In this document: piece by piece, positions 1 through 9,657 of the stretch
Layout of the letters: the number at the start of each line of letters is the position of its first letter
Position numbering within the stretch: the stretch's first letter is position 1
Assembly (NCBI GenBank): GCA_964542585.1
Contig: CAZIUI010000011.1
Span: 5,831 to 69,830 of the forward strand
Length of the DNA stretch: 64,000 bases
Direction: 5' to 3'
DNA from: an uncultured Sphingobacteriales bacterium
GTDB lineage: Bacteria > Bacteroidota > Bacteroidia > CAILMK01 > CAYYUA01
The notes under the pieces: model-generated
What the model was told of the DNA's origin: nothing
What the model saw: only the letters and a program-made list of their open reading frames with translations
The model's database searches: none
Program-made: the position numbers and the translations under genes

Positions 1-68
1 CATGATTTCAAAATGTTTAGGAAAGTTTTTTATAATATTTTTGACCTCAGCAGAAAAATGCTTGTTAA

Positions 69-878
69 TTGAAACCCATTTTTCGATTCCTGATCAGTAA
101 GGTTTTCTTGATTAATTTGTTGGGCGCTGTTGCACTTGGCTTCGGTTTGTTGTACGGCGCATATTTCTTGTTAAAAGGCTATACTCACCATAACGAAACC
201 CTTTCTGTACCAGATCTCAGAGGTATGAGTATTTCAGAAGCTAAAGTAACCCTTCATAAGAGAGACTTACAAGTAGTAATAGCGGACTCAGCTTATGTGC
301 CTAATGCTCAGGCTCTTCGCGTGATTGAACAACAGCCGCAAGCTTCCGATAAAGTTAAGATTAATAGGAAGATCTACCTGACGGTTAACGCTCCCAATCC
401 CCCTAAGGTAGAAGTACCCGAACTTAAAGATGTATCCCTAAGACAGGCCATGGAAATCCTGAAAACAAAGGGTTTTAAAGTTGGCGATTTAAAATATGTC
501 CCAGGCCTGGCCAAAAATACCGTTGTTCGTTTGGAAGCTGCCGATACGACTATTCAACCAAAGTGTAAGTTGGAAAAAGGAACGACTATTGACTTAGTAC
601 TTGAACAGGGACGTAAGGCATCCAAAACCGACATCCCGAGTTTAACGGGTCTTAGCATGAGTGAGGCCACCTTTTACCTTAAGGGAAAGGGCCTGAATTT
701 TGGTTCTAAAATTTATGATTCAACTGTTGTGGATACCCCCTCAGCAATAATTTACAAACAGCGGCCGTTGTACAACCCGCAGCAGAAAATCGCCAAAGGA
801 GAAATCATTGATGTTTGGCTTACCAGTGAAGAGGCCTACGAGCAAAACAAAAAACCTGATAAAACTGCAGCGCCTTAG
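69..878 (+). CDS. PASTA domain-containing membrane protein
   Basis: N-terminal TM helix (LINLLGAVALGFGLLYGAYFLL) followed by three ~65-aa repeats with PASTA-like pattern (LSVPDLRGMSISEAKVTL...; VEVPELKDVSLRQAMEILKTKGFKVG...; IPSLTGLSMSEATFYLKGKGL...). Confidence 0.6.
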   Translation: MKPIFRFLISKVFLINLLGAVALGFGLLYGAYFLLKGYTHHNETLSVPDLRGMSISEAKVTLHKRDLQVVIADSAYVPNAQALRVIEQQPQASDKVKINRKIYLTVNAPNPPKVEVPELKDVSLRQAMEILKTKGFKVGDLKYVPGLAKNTVVRLEAADTTIQPKCKLEKGTTIDLVLEQGRKASKTDIPSLTGLSMSEATFYLKGKGLNFGSKIYDSTVVDTPSAIIYKQRPLYNPQQKIAKGEIIDVWLTSEEAYEQNKKPDKTAAP

Positions 879-2871
879 CTTTTTTAAAACCTTCGAAAAG
901 TTTGGCTTAGGAAATGGTAAAATCCTGCTATACCTAGGACTTGTTATTACATTCAGTCCTTGTTTATCAGAAGCTCAGGAATTAAAACCCTTAACTTTTA
1001 ATCCCACACTCAGGGACGCTGAGCCAAAGCGATACCGCATGAAGAAGGGTGACTCCGATACCCTTAAATTGCCTTTCATCGATGATTTCTCGTATCAGGG
1101 ACCTTTTCCTAATGATTCCCTCTGGCGGGATAAAAAAGTTTACATCAACCGGCACCTGGCCATAAATCCGCCTACCTACGGGGTAGCTACTTTTGAGGGG
1201 TTAGACGCTAATGGCAGGCCATACGATCCCGAAAAGGATAACCGTAATCAAAGCTTACCAACTGATACCTTGACCAGCACTTGGTTGGACTTGAGTAGTT
1301 TTCAAAAAAACAAGGATTCCGTTTACCTGAGCTTTTGGTATCAGGAAAAAGGGCTTGGTGATGCTCCGGCTCCTGTGGATAGCTTCAGTGTACAGGTTAA
1401 GACCAAAGCTGATACTCCCCAATGGAAATCTATCTGGAGCAAACAAGGAAAGGGCGAGTTGCCGAAGGATAAAAGGGCACAAGGCGTAGCGGTTCTTAAC
1501 TTGGCCAACGCTGATTCGAATCAAAGGAATTTCTTTTTTGAAGGTTTCCAGTTTCGTTTCCTGACATATGGCAATCTTTCCGGTAATTTAGACCACTGGC
1601 ATCTGGATTATGTGATGCTAACGCAGGACCGGGTGGCTAGGAACCTGAATGGAAACCTGACTTTATTTAACCAAGACGTTGCCTTAGTAGAGCCACCCGT
1701 TAGCTTGTTAAAAAAACACCGGGCTATGCCTTGGCGACAAGTAGAAAAAAATCAGATTAGAGACTCTTTCAATTTTAGAGCTAGTAATGTCGATCGTGAC
1801 CTGGTGCCAGTTGAGGCCGGATACCGCTTGGAAGAAAATTACTCCGGTTATAGCCTCAACAACTTTGATTTACAGATAACAGCCAATGTGGATCCCTTCC
1901 TTGGAAAAACGAAATACAGCCAGCGGAATGAATTTAAGTTTTTAAGATTCGTAGGGAACGACTCTTTACAGGTAACCCTAAAGCCGGCAGTTTTCCTTTT
2001 TGGTGATGACTTGCCAAGTAATGATACCATGGCTATTACCCAATATTTCAACCATTATATGGCCTATGATGACGGGTCGCCTGAGGCCGGTTTTGGCATT
2101 GAGGATTTTTTTCAATCCGCTAAAGTAGCCCAAAGCTATACCTTGAACAAGCCAGACACTCTTCAAGCTGTGGGCATTCGGTTCAATCAATCATTAAGTA
2201 AGGTTCAAAACCGGCTTTTTGATATTGTCATATGGAGTGATCTTGGTCCTTTGGATACAAAACCCGCTAATGCTTCTGTAGCAAGAAGAATTACAGCACT
2301 TAAACCAAAGTATGACGGCAGGGGCCGTCATGACTACGGGATTTACGAGTTGGAGGATCCCTTGCCAGTTAGCGGACGCTTTTACATCGGTTGGCAACAA
2401 TCGGAGAGCTATTTTCTGAATGTGGGCGTGGATAAAAATTATCAAAAACTTTTCAGCGGTTCAGGTTTTCAGTCACGGGTATTTTACAATGCATCCGGAT
2501 CTTGGATAAAAGCCGAACCATCCTTACTTGACTCAGGCATTTTGACGATCAGACCCTACTTAGGAGGAGATGAGGTCCGTTTCCTTAATCGCTCTAAAAC
2601 CACAAAAAACCTTAGATCTCTGGAATTTAAAGCTTATCCTAACCCTGCTAGCAACCGTATTACTGTAAGCTTGGATGGGCAATTCTTAGAGGGCGCCGCT
2701 ATTAAAGGCACGGTCACAAATCAGAAGGGCCAGGTACGTAAATCCTTCAAAATGACAGGGAATCAAAAAGCTATTAGTGTGCAGGGGTTAAAAGCCGGCA
2801 TCTATTTCCTCTCCCTCCAAAGAACGGATTCAGAGAAGAGCATTGGCATTCAAAAAGTGATGATCCGGTAA
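808..2871 (+). CDS. Secreted protein with T9SS type-A (Por) C-terminal sorting domain; function unknown
   Basis: C-terminal ~80 aa (KAYPNPASNRITVSL...GIYFLSLQRTDSEKSIGIQKVMI) matches Por secretion CTD pattern; signal-peptide-like stretch KILLYLGLVITFSPCLSEAQ near nt 915-975 but no in-frame ATG/GTG/TTG immediately upstream of it; only ATGs at 808/811, overlapping the upstream gene by 71 bp. Start uncertain. Confidence 0.55.
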   Translation: MMFGLPVKRPTSKTKNLIKLQRLSFFKTFEKFGLGNGKILLYLGLVITFSPCLSEAQELKPLTFNPTLRDAEPKRYRMKKGDSDTLKLPFIDDFSYQGPFPNDSLWRDKKVYINRHLAINPPTYGVATFEGLDANGRPYDPEKDNRNQSLPTDTLTSTWLDLSSFQKNKDSVYLSFWYQEKGLGDAPAPVDSFSVQVKTKADTPQWKSIWSKQGKGELPKDKRAQGVAVLNLANADSNQRNFFFEGFQFRFLTYGNLSGNLDHWHLDYVMLTQDRVARNLNGNLTLFNQDVALVEPPVSLLKKHRAMPWRQVEKNQIRDSFNFRASNVDRDLVPVEAGYRLEENYSGYSLNNFDLQITANVDPFLGKTKYSQRNEFKFLRFVGNDSLQVTLKPAVFLFGDDLPSNDTMAITQYFNHYMAYDDGSPEAGFGIEDFFQSAKVAQSYTLNKPDTLQAVGIRFNQSLSKVQNRLFDIVIWSDLGPLDTKPANASVARRITALKPKYDGRGRHDYGIYELEDPLPVSGRFYIGWQQSESYFLNVGVDKNYQKLFSGSGFQSRVFYNASGSWIKAEPSLLDSGILTIRPYLGGDEVRFLNRSKTTKNLRSLEFKAYPNPASNRITVSLDGQFLEGAAIKGTVTNQKGQVRKSFKMTGNQKAISVQGLKAGIYFLSLQRTDSEKSIGIQKVMIR

Positions 2872-2875
2872 CCAA

Positions 2876-3505
2876 TTAGCGCAAGCTGATCTTTTTCTCT
2901 TTCCCTTTTAACAGCCGCTTGATATTCTGGCGGTGTGTATACCAAGCAATCCCTACGAAAAGTACCGCAAAGGTTGTAAAAAAGGGGTTGTGGATTTGAA
3001 ATAAGAAATAGGTGACTAAAGGATAAACAGTAATCCCTGCCAGCGAGCTTACCGAAACTATACGGGTGATGGTAAAAATTAACAAGAAAACCCCAATGGA
3101 AACAAAGGCGGGTAATGGATAAAGCCCGATAAAAATCCCCAAAAGTGTTGCAATGCCCTTACCACCTTTGAATCCCGCAAAAACAGGGAAGAGGTGACCA
3201 GTTACCGCAATGAAGCCCAGAAGCAGCTTCAATTGCACCATAAAATATTCCCCCTCCGTGTAGCCACTAAAAAATGTGCTAAGTTGTGTAGCAGCATAAC
3301 CTTTCAAAATATCAAAAATTAAAACAGGTAACCCTACTTTTACTCCTAAAACCCTTACGGTGTTAGTAGCACCGGCATTGTAGCTCCCGTGCTCTCGTAG
3401 ATCAATGTTGTACAAAAACCTTCCTACCCACAATGAAGTTGGAATAGAGCCTATAAGGTAAGCCAATAGAACGGCTGCTAGAAGTTCCGGAGTAATAAGG
3501 TTCAT
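2876..3505 (-). CDS. plsY: Glycerol-3-phosphate acyltransferase PlsY
   Basis: ~209 aa polytopic membrane protein; conserved PlsY motifs (GSIPTSLWVGR, HGSYNAGATN, FKGGKGIAT). Confidence 0.9.
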   Translation of the reverse strand: MNLITPELLAAVLLAYLIGSIPTSLWVGRFLYNIDLREHGSYNAGATNTVRVLGVKVGLPVLIFDILKGYAATQLSTFFSGYTEGEYFMVQLKLLLGFIAVTGHLFPVFAGFKGGKGIATLLGIFIGLYPLPAFVSIGVFLLIFTITRIVSVSSLAGITVYPLVTYFLFQIHNPFFTTFAVLFVGIAWYTHRQNIKRLLKGKEKKISLR

Positions 3506-3508
3506 GTA

Positions 3509-6500
3509 CTAGGGATCTTTAGGTTCTGCTTTGCGGATTGTTGCAGATTGTTGAAAGAATATTTTTTCCCGCTCATTGCCTAACGGCTTAATTTTAAATT
3601 CATCTTCACTAACGTCACCAGCGGTTTCCCTCACCTTTTTATTAAAGTAATAATCTGAAGCAATAACCTTACAGCCCTTATTATTGATGTTAAAGTAGTA
3701 GTAATTGCCGGGAGTACCGCCGGCATAAAACTGCAGTCGTCTCTCATCCCTGCTCAACTTAAACTTTAGTTTACCCTTAAGCTGTTTGTTAACCGCTGTT
3801 TTATGAATCGTAGCTAATCCTAGTTTAGTTGTATCTAAAAAGGCTTGTTGCCGGGGGTCCCAAGTCAGGTTTACACCAGTAAAAAGGAAATTTGGCCTGT
3901 AAATCTCGTTGCTGATGAAAGTACCAAATGAACGCAGACTGCTCAATACGCTTATTTGCGTTTGGCGATCCGGAACTAAATAGTATGTCGCGTCTTGAAC
4001 CACTTGCCTTCCATCACGGGAGTCGTTAAGTGGAAATGCCAGGTTTACCAGGGAATCTCCGGCTGTTTTTAGGGCTTCTTTATTAAATGGAAAATCCATT
4101 CCCATAACCACGTCAAAGCTATGAGCGGAATCCTTTGGTTTATAAACTGCTTTCCCTATGGTTTTTATGTCCAGGTATTCGTTACTACTAAAATTCATCT
4201 GAAGGGGGCCACGCACTGAGAATTCCCGGTTTTGGTCCGAATAGGCAAGTTGATAGGGCATACTATCCGGCTTAGCCAGGTTGTGTTTTTTCATGATCAT
4301 GTATTTGCCCTTGTAATAGTTGTAATGCAGGTACCCTTTTGCTTTGAACAAGGTCAAATCCTGCGGGTGGTGCTTCTGACCCAGAAAAACATCATAGAGT
4401 TGATGAGTGGCAGTATCTATGAAAATTCCGCTGACAATAGGTTTGCCATCGGAATTTTTAAGGTTTTTAACCGGAATAATGATTGAGTCCGCGTTAACGG
4501 TATCCGCAAATTGAAAAGCTTCTGTATGGTAAAGGGAATCCGAATTTGCCGGTTTTAGGCTACCATTAAACGCTAGTCGCTCACGCTGTGCTTTCAGGTT
4601 TACCTTTCCTTTGAATTTAAAACGTGGGCTTAAAGGGAAACCATTTTCATCCTTGATTTCTCCTTCAGCTATCGTTTTATGCTTTTGATTAGTGCGTATG
4701 TTGTCAAACTTGATGGTGTGAGGCTGTCCATTCCGGTCTTTGTAATCATACTTTCCTTTAGCAGCGTATTCTTTTTTCCCGAAAATGTTGATCTGGACAT
4801 CATAAAACTTGTGATATTCCTTATTGGTGTCAGCTACAATACGGGCATCCTCAAGGGTCTCTAAATCAGCGCCCTCCTTGATGGTAATAGCACCTTCAGA
4901 AGGATAAACCTCTGCATCGGCAACATCTATGTGAGGGATGTTGCGGGCTTCAATTTTACTTTCAGCTAAGTCAAAATAGGCCGCCGTTGTATTAAATTTT
5001 AAAGAATCCTGCTCAGCCTTAGTTGATTGCATGAAAGATTCTTTTAACTTCTGATCCTTGGTTGCCGTCATGCTTAAACTTTGGCTATCAATACGCCAAT
5101 TAAAACCTTTAATACTAGTACGAAAATCATGCTGCTTAAAGCTGATATTGGCCTTCTTACCTTTCGATTCTCCATCCAGTTGTCGTTCATCAAAATCAAG
5201 GGTTAAGCTTGCGTCCGGCGTATAAAAGTTGGGCTTTTTATTCTCTTCCAGGGCCTTGATCTTGAACGATGCTGAATCACTGTTTACGCTATTACGCTTC
5301 ATAGCTAAGGCATTCGATCCAATAACGGCCCGCTCAAACTTCAGCTCTCCAGCACCATAAAGCTCAGCTGGTGTTAGGACGAGATCTCCTTCAAATGTGA
5401 CCTCCTCATTGTAGACAGACAGCGGATCCCGTTCCTTAATAAACATGGAATCTTTGTAGGGAAGCCAGTGATTGTAAATCTTATTACCCGTAACCGGGGG
5501 ATACTTATCCTGGCCTTCTTCGGGTATGTTAAAGCTTTCCGCAATAGCATTCATAGAATCTGGAAAGAAGACAAAATTCTGGGATTCAGTACTGGAGGGG
5601 AGGTATTCCACAGTACCAGCTCCGGTAAGGCCTTCACTGCTTAGCTTTATCTCCATTATGCCGATACCTTTACCTTGGTAGAGCTTGTACCCGTCAGAGG
5701 GCGATCGTTTTTTAAATCCCAGGGAGTTGTTGGGCATAATTCGAATGTGATAATCAAAAACGGGAAGGATTCCAGCCGAGTAAAAAGTGCCGTCAAATTG
5801 CATCTCCTCCCTTTCGAACTCATCCAGGTTTTCAGCAACAAAAGGTTTGATCTGGAAATAGAAGCTATCAGATGGATATACACTATCGTAAATATTAGGA
5901 TCCTCGTAATAAACAACGGATTCTTCCTTGGCATCAAATATTGGATACTTAGGCAAGTCTACCTGCCCTGATTTGTTGTTGGGATCATCTATATAAACGG
6001 AGCCGTAAATATCTTCTATCACATTTTTTACACGAACTAGCTGCCCATTCTCATTAGGGTAATAAAGGCGAAGGGAGTCAACATTATTCATGTTTACCTT
6101 AAAAGAATCATAACTAAATGAAAAGCCATCACCGAAAAACTGAAACCTCCCCGCTATCATTTCTCCTTCAAAAGTCATGTCCCGGTTTTTCTGCATGGTA
6201 ACCTGGCTGTCAGCTGGATAAATACTTACGCGCTGGCTATCACTAAGGTTGACTTTTGGAACCCCGCTTAACTCCATATTACCCGTATTCAGGTTTAGAT
6301 TGGCATTGGCAGAGTCCGGATTATTTGACTTTAGTTCAATATTGTCATAGTCACGCAATTCTTTTTCTGACTCAACGTAATGTACGAGTTTATTTCGAAC
6401 AAGGAATGTTCCATCCCTGCGATATTCTACGAAGCCTTTTTGATGAAGGCCTACAAGCATTTTTTTCGCATTTTCTTTATTAATGCCCAGATAACCGGCC

Positions 6501-7939
6501 AAGCCCTTCAAGGTCATACGAAAGGAGTTGATCCGCTCTGCATATAACTTAATTTCCTTAAGCGGATTGTATTCAAGAATGCCTTGGATCTTGTGGAATA
6601 ATCCTTTCTGAAAAAAGTTATTGGAACGGAATATTGCAGGTCTTACTGAATTCAGGGTCATACGCATCTTCAGAATCGGATCCTTAATATTCCAAATAAG
6701 CTTATCCACTAACACTTCCAGGTCGTGATAAGAGTTATAAAAAGGGCTGGCTTCCAAGCCCTTATCACCTTTGGTGATCCTCACTTCCTTTTTCTCGTCA
6801 TAATACTTGAAGCCTGCTGATGTGTGATAAATAGAGTCCTTTTTGAAAAATATCTTAGCCATAGCCTGAGCGCTAACAATCTTTTTCTGATCAATCAGAA
6901 AGCGATCTGCTAATGCCTGAACATGCTCTTGCCCATTGCGAAAAATGCTTATTCTAGCAGGCTGGTTGTTTACCTTAGTACCAACCACTGCAACACCCTC
7001 CATGGAAAATCCACCTCTGTATTTAACCTTAGGGAAAAAGCCATTTACCTTATACCGCTGTTGCTTTGATTTAAATTGAGGGTATCTGGAGTCTCGCTTT
7101 TGTTCAGCGATAAAAATCTTATCCTTAAAGCCACCCTCCATGGGTTTTTGCCGTATTTCTTTGTTGAAAAAGGCCACAGAATCATCTTTAATTCGCCCAC
7201 GGCTAAGCCTGATCCTGTAATCATCAAGCTGAGCATAAACCTGATTGGGTCCCAGGCCAACACGTTCCCATGTTGCTTTGCCTTGTTTCCCTTTCCATTC
7301 CTGATCTATTGGATGAAATCGTCCTTTAGCATTGTAAATCTGGATGCTATCGGATGCTGTAGCGCAGAATAGCTTAACTGGCCGTTTAAAGTACAATGCC
7401 GGCTTTTCCTGGTTATGATAACCAATATCAAATTGGAAGGATTTAGTATACCAATCTTTAGAGCGACTTTTGTACAAAGCTCTACTTTTAAAGTAGTTGA
7501 CCAGCACTTCATTTAGTTGGTTCATATCCCTCCTGTCACTCAAAAGCTTTTGGAGCACATTGGCCCAGTCTCTGAATTGAGCTTCCGTAATGCCACGGTT
7601 TTTGGCTTCTGTTAAGGCTTGTAGGTAATTTTTGATGCCATTACTTGGCCGGTAATTTTCGGCTTTCATGGACCGGACCAGTTTCATTATCCGGCGCTGT
7701 TCATAATTGCTGAAAGCCTCTCCCTCCCACTTAGCCAGAAAAGCATCTAAGATTCCTTGTATACGGTTAGTTTGGAATCGCTCAAAGGTTTCTGAAAGCT
7801 TTTGTGCAAAGGCTCCCGGTTTTAAAGGCATGCGCCCTGAATCTTGTTGCGCTAATCCTTGATGACTTATCAAGCATAAAAACAATACTGTAAACAAAAG
7901 GCCGTAAGCACCGCGCATGTAGGAGTTTATTTTTATCAA
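3509..7939 (-). CDS. Large (1476 aa) secreted hypothetical protein, possibly TamB/AsmA-like
   Basis: Long uninterrupted ORF with N-terminal signal/anchor (MRGAYGLLFTVLFLCLISHQGLAQQ); 4 bp upstream of plsY on same strand (likely co-transcribed). Family assignment is a guess from size/context only. Confidence 0.5.
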   Translation of the reverse strand: MIKINSYMRGAYGLLFTVLFLCLISHQGLAQQDSGRMPLKPGAFAQKLSETFERFQTNRIQGILDAFLAKWEGEAFSNYEQRRIMKLVRSMKAENYRPSNGIKNYLQALTEAKNRGITEAQFRDWANVLQKLLSDRRDMNQLNEVLVNYFKSRALYKSRSKDWYTKSFQFDIGYHNQEKPALYFKRPVKLFCATASDSIQIYNAKGRFHPIDQEWKGKQGKATWERVGLGPNQVYAQLDDYRIRLSRGRIKDDSVAFFNKEIRQKPMEGGFKDKIFIAEQKRDSRYPQFKSKQQRYKVNGFFPKVKYRGGFSMEGVAVVGTKVNNQPARISIFRNGQEHVQALADRFLIDQKKIVSAQAMAKIFFKKDSIYHTSAGFKYYDEKKEVRITKGDKGLEASPFYNSYHDLEVLVDKLIWNIKDPILKMRMTLNSVRPAIFRSNNFFQKGLFHKIQGILEYNPLKEIKLYAERINSFRMTLKGLAGYLGINKENAKKMLVGLHQKGFVEYRRDGTFLVRNKLVHYVESEKELRDYDNIELKSNNPDSANANLNLNTGNMELSGVPKVNLSDSQRVSIYPADSQVTMQKNRDMTFEGEMIAGRFQFFGDGFSFSYDSFKVNMNNVDSLRLYYPNENGQLVRVKNVIEDIYGSVYIDDPNNKSGQVDLPKYPIFDAKEESVVYYEDPNIYDSVYPSDSFYFQIKPFVAENLDEFEREEMQFDGTFYSAGILPVFDYHIRIMPNNSLGFKKRSPSDGYKLYQGKGIGIMEIKLSSEGLTGAGTVEYLPSSTESQNFVFFPDSMNAIAESFNIPEEGQDKYPPVTGNKIYNHWLPYKDSMFIKERDPLSVYNEEVTFEGDLVLTPAELYGAGELKFERAVIGSNALAMKRNSVNSDSASFKIKALEENKKPNFYTPDASLTLDFDERQLDGESKGKKANISFKQHDFRTSIKGFNWRIDSQSLSMTATKDQKLKESFMQSTKAEQDSLKFNTTAAYFDLAESKIEARNIPHIDVADAEVYPSEGAITIKEGADLETLEDARIVADTNKEYHKFYDVQINIFGKKEYAAKGKYDYKDRNGQPHTIKFDNIRTNQKHKTIAEGEIKDENGFPLSPRFKFKGKVNLKAQRERLAFNGSLKPANSDSLYHTEAFQFADTVNADSIIIPVKNLKNSDGKPIVSGIFIDTATHQLYDVFLGQKHHPQDLTLFKAKGYLHYNYYKGKYMIMKKHNLAKPDSMPYQLAYSDQNREFSVRGPLQMNFSSNEYLDIKTIGKAVYKPKDSAHSFDVVMGMDFPFNKEALKTAGDSLVNLAFPLNDSRDGRQVVQDATYYLVPDRQTQISVLSSLRSFGTFISNEIYRPNFLFTGVNLTWDPRQQAFLDTTKLGLATIHKTAVNKQLKGKLKFKLSRDERRLQFYAGGTPGNYYYFNINNKGCKVIASDYYFNKKVRETAGDVSEDEFKIKPLGNEREKIFFQQSATIRKAEPKDP

Positions 7940-8008
7940 AACTAAAAAGAAAAGCGGCTTGAACGAATAGGGCGCCTATGAAAACTCCTTGATGTTGAGG
8001 AGTGTATG

Positions 8009-8881
8009 TTAAGTCGTGTATTGATCACCCATAGCAAAGGTTGACGTGAAAAGGCTTGCAGCCCATTCGCCTTCTTCCAGGTGCTTTAAGCGCTCAAATC
8101 CATGTTGGTGAAATTGTTCATCTAGGTGAGGGGCCTCCCGGCTTAAAAACCCGCTAACTCCAATTAAGCCCTTGTTTGCCAACCGTTGTTTAAGAACAGG
8201 TAAGCTACCTATAATAGTATTACGGTTTATATTAGCGAGAATCAGTTCAAATACCTCTTCAGAAGGCGGGAAATTTTTCAAATCTTCCTGGCTTAAAGTA
8301 ATACGCTGGCAATGGTTGTGGGCAATATTATTCAAAGCATTGCGGAAGCCGTCTTCTTGAATTTCATTGCCAAAGATTCTTGTTGCGCCCATTTTCTCGG
8401 CCAGGATCGTAAGGATGCCGCTGCCCGTTCCAAAATCAAAAACCGTATCCGGAGTGGCAGGAAGGCCTACCATTAGTTTGATCATCATACGGGTAGTAGC
8501 GTGATAACCAGTCCCGAAAGCCATCTGCGGTTCAATGATCAATTCATAACGGTGAGAGCCTTGATGACTGTGAAAAGGAGCCCTTACCACGACTTTTTCG
8601 TCAATTCTCTGGGGCTCAAAACGACCTTCCCAATTTTTATTCCAATTTTGGTGGGGTAAATGCTGAATTTGTACAGCTTTTTCAAAAATCCCTAATTGAT
8701 AAATCAATGCCCAAAAAGCATCGGATTCAAAATCCTGAGCATGAATGTATGCTTTAATACCCCTTTCATCCTCGAGATACCCATTAAAGCCAAGCTTATC
8801 CAGGCAGTATATTAGCTGATCCCGCTTGGGTGGGCTAACCTCTATGTTACATTCATAGTAGTAGGCTTTACCTTCCTCCAT
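8009..8881 (-). CDS. prmA: Ribosomal protein L11 methyltransferase
   Basis: PrmA-like sequence: MAFGTGYHATTRMMIKLM...VFDFGTGSGILTILAEKMGA (SAM-binding GxGxG). Confidence 0.85.
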   Translation of the reverse strand: MEEGKAYYYECNIEVSPPKRDQLIYCLDKLGFNGYLEDERGIKAYIHAQDFESDAFWALIYQLGIFEKAVQIQHLPHQNWNKNWEGRFEPQRIDEKVVVRAPFHSHQGSHRYELIIEPQMAFGTGYHATTRMMIKLMVGLPATPDTVFDFGTGSGILTILAEKMGATRIFGNEIQEDGFRNALNNIAHNHCQRITLSQEDLKNFPPSEEVFELILANINRNTIIGSLPVLKQRLANKGLIGVSGFLSREAPHLDEQFHQHGFERLKHLEEGEWAASLFTSTFAMGDQYTT

Positions 8882-8895
8882 AAAATTTGACTAAA

Positions 8896-9657
8896 TTACT
8901 GTGAGGCTTTGATGATCTCCACAAAGTTGTCAGGGTTTAAGGATGCACCACCAATAAGGCCTCCATTGATGTTCGGCTGTCCAAATAGATCATCAGCATT
9001 GCCGGGTTTGACACTTCCACCATAGATTATTGAAATGGCATTAGCTGTTTCATTATCATACTTTTTGGCCAGCCCTTTACGAATAGTTGCATGCATAGCT
9101 TCCGCATCCTCTGGAGTGGCATTTTGTCCGGTTCCAATAGCCCAGACAGGCTCATACCCTATGATGATTTCCTTGATTTGGTTTTTATCAAGGTGAAATA
9201 GTTCTTCTTCGATTTGACGCTGTACAACTTTTTCAGAATCTCCACTTTCTCTTTGCTTCTGTGTTTCACCACAACAGTAAATGGGCGTTAAACCGTAATG
9301 CATAGCCATATCAACCTTTTGAGCTAGCAATTCACCGCCTTCCTCAAAAAATTCACGCCTTTCAGAATGGCCAATAATGACGTACCCAGCCCCTGTTGAG
9401 GATAGCATGGGAGCAGCCACTTCACCGGTATAAGCACCTTCTTTGGCTTGATGGCAGTTCTGGGCACCAATGTGGATAGAAGTCCCCCGAGCATCTTCTG
9501 CCATAGGTGCTAGAAAGGGGTAGGGCGGTAAGACGATAACCCGTGAATTGTTAAGTTCATTCTCCGAAAGTCTGGCTTTTAGGTCCATCAGGAAGCTACT
9601 AGCCTCTGGGAGGGTCATGTGCATTTTCCAATTACCAGCTACGATGATTTCAGGCAT
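8896..9657 (-). CDS. tpiA: Triosephosphate isomerase
   Basis: Canonical TIM motifs AGNWKMH, IGHSERR, YEPVWAIGTG, IIYGGSV. ORF extends to 9687 but internal Met (MPEIIVAGNWKM) at 9657 is the more plausible start, leaving only 8 bp overlap with upstream gene. Confidence 0.9.
   Translation of the reverse strand: MPEIIVAGNWKMHMTLPEASSFLMDLKARLSENELNNSRVIVLPPYPFLAPMAEDARGTSIHIGAQNCHQAKEGAYTGEVAAPMLSSTGAGYVIIGHSERREFFEEGGELLAQKVDMAMHYGLTPIYCCGETQKQRESGDSEKVVQRQIEEELFHLDKNQIKEIIIGYEPVWAIGTGQNATPEDAEAMHATIRKGLAKKYDNETANAISIIYGGSVKPGNADDLFGQPNINGGLIGGASLNPDNFVEIIKASQ

Noticed and set aside
4232-7512. Small ORFs inside/antisense to the 1,476-aa gene (4232..4486, 4679..4864, 5656..5971, 6256..6483, 7045..7512)
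   Set aside because: Fully embedded in a much longer, signal-peptide-bearing ORF; no independent support.
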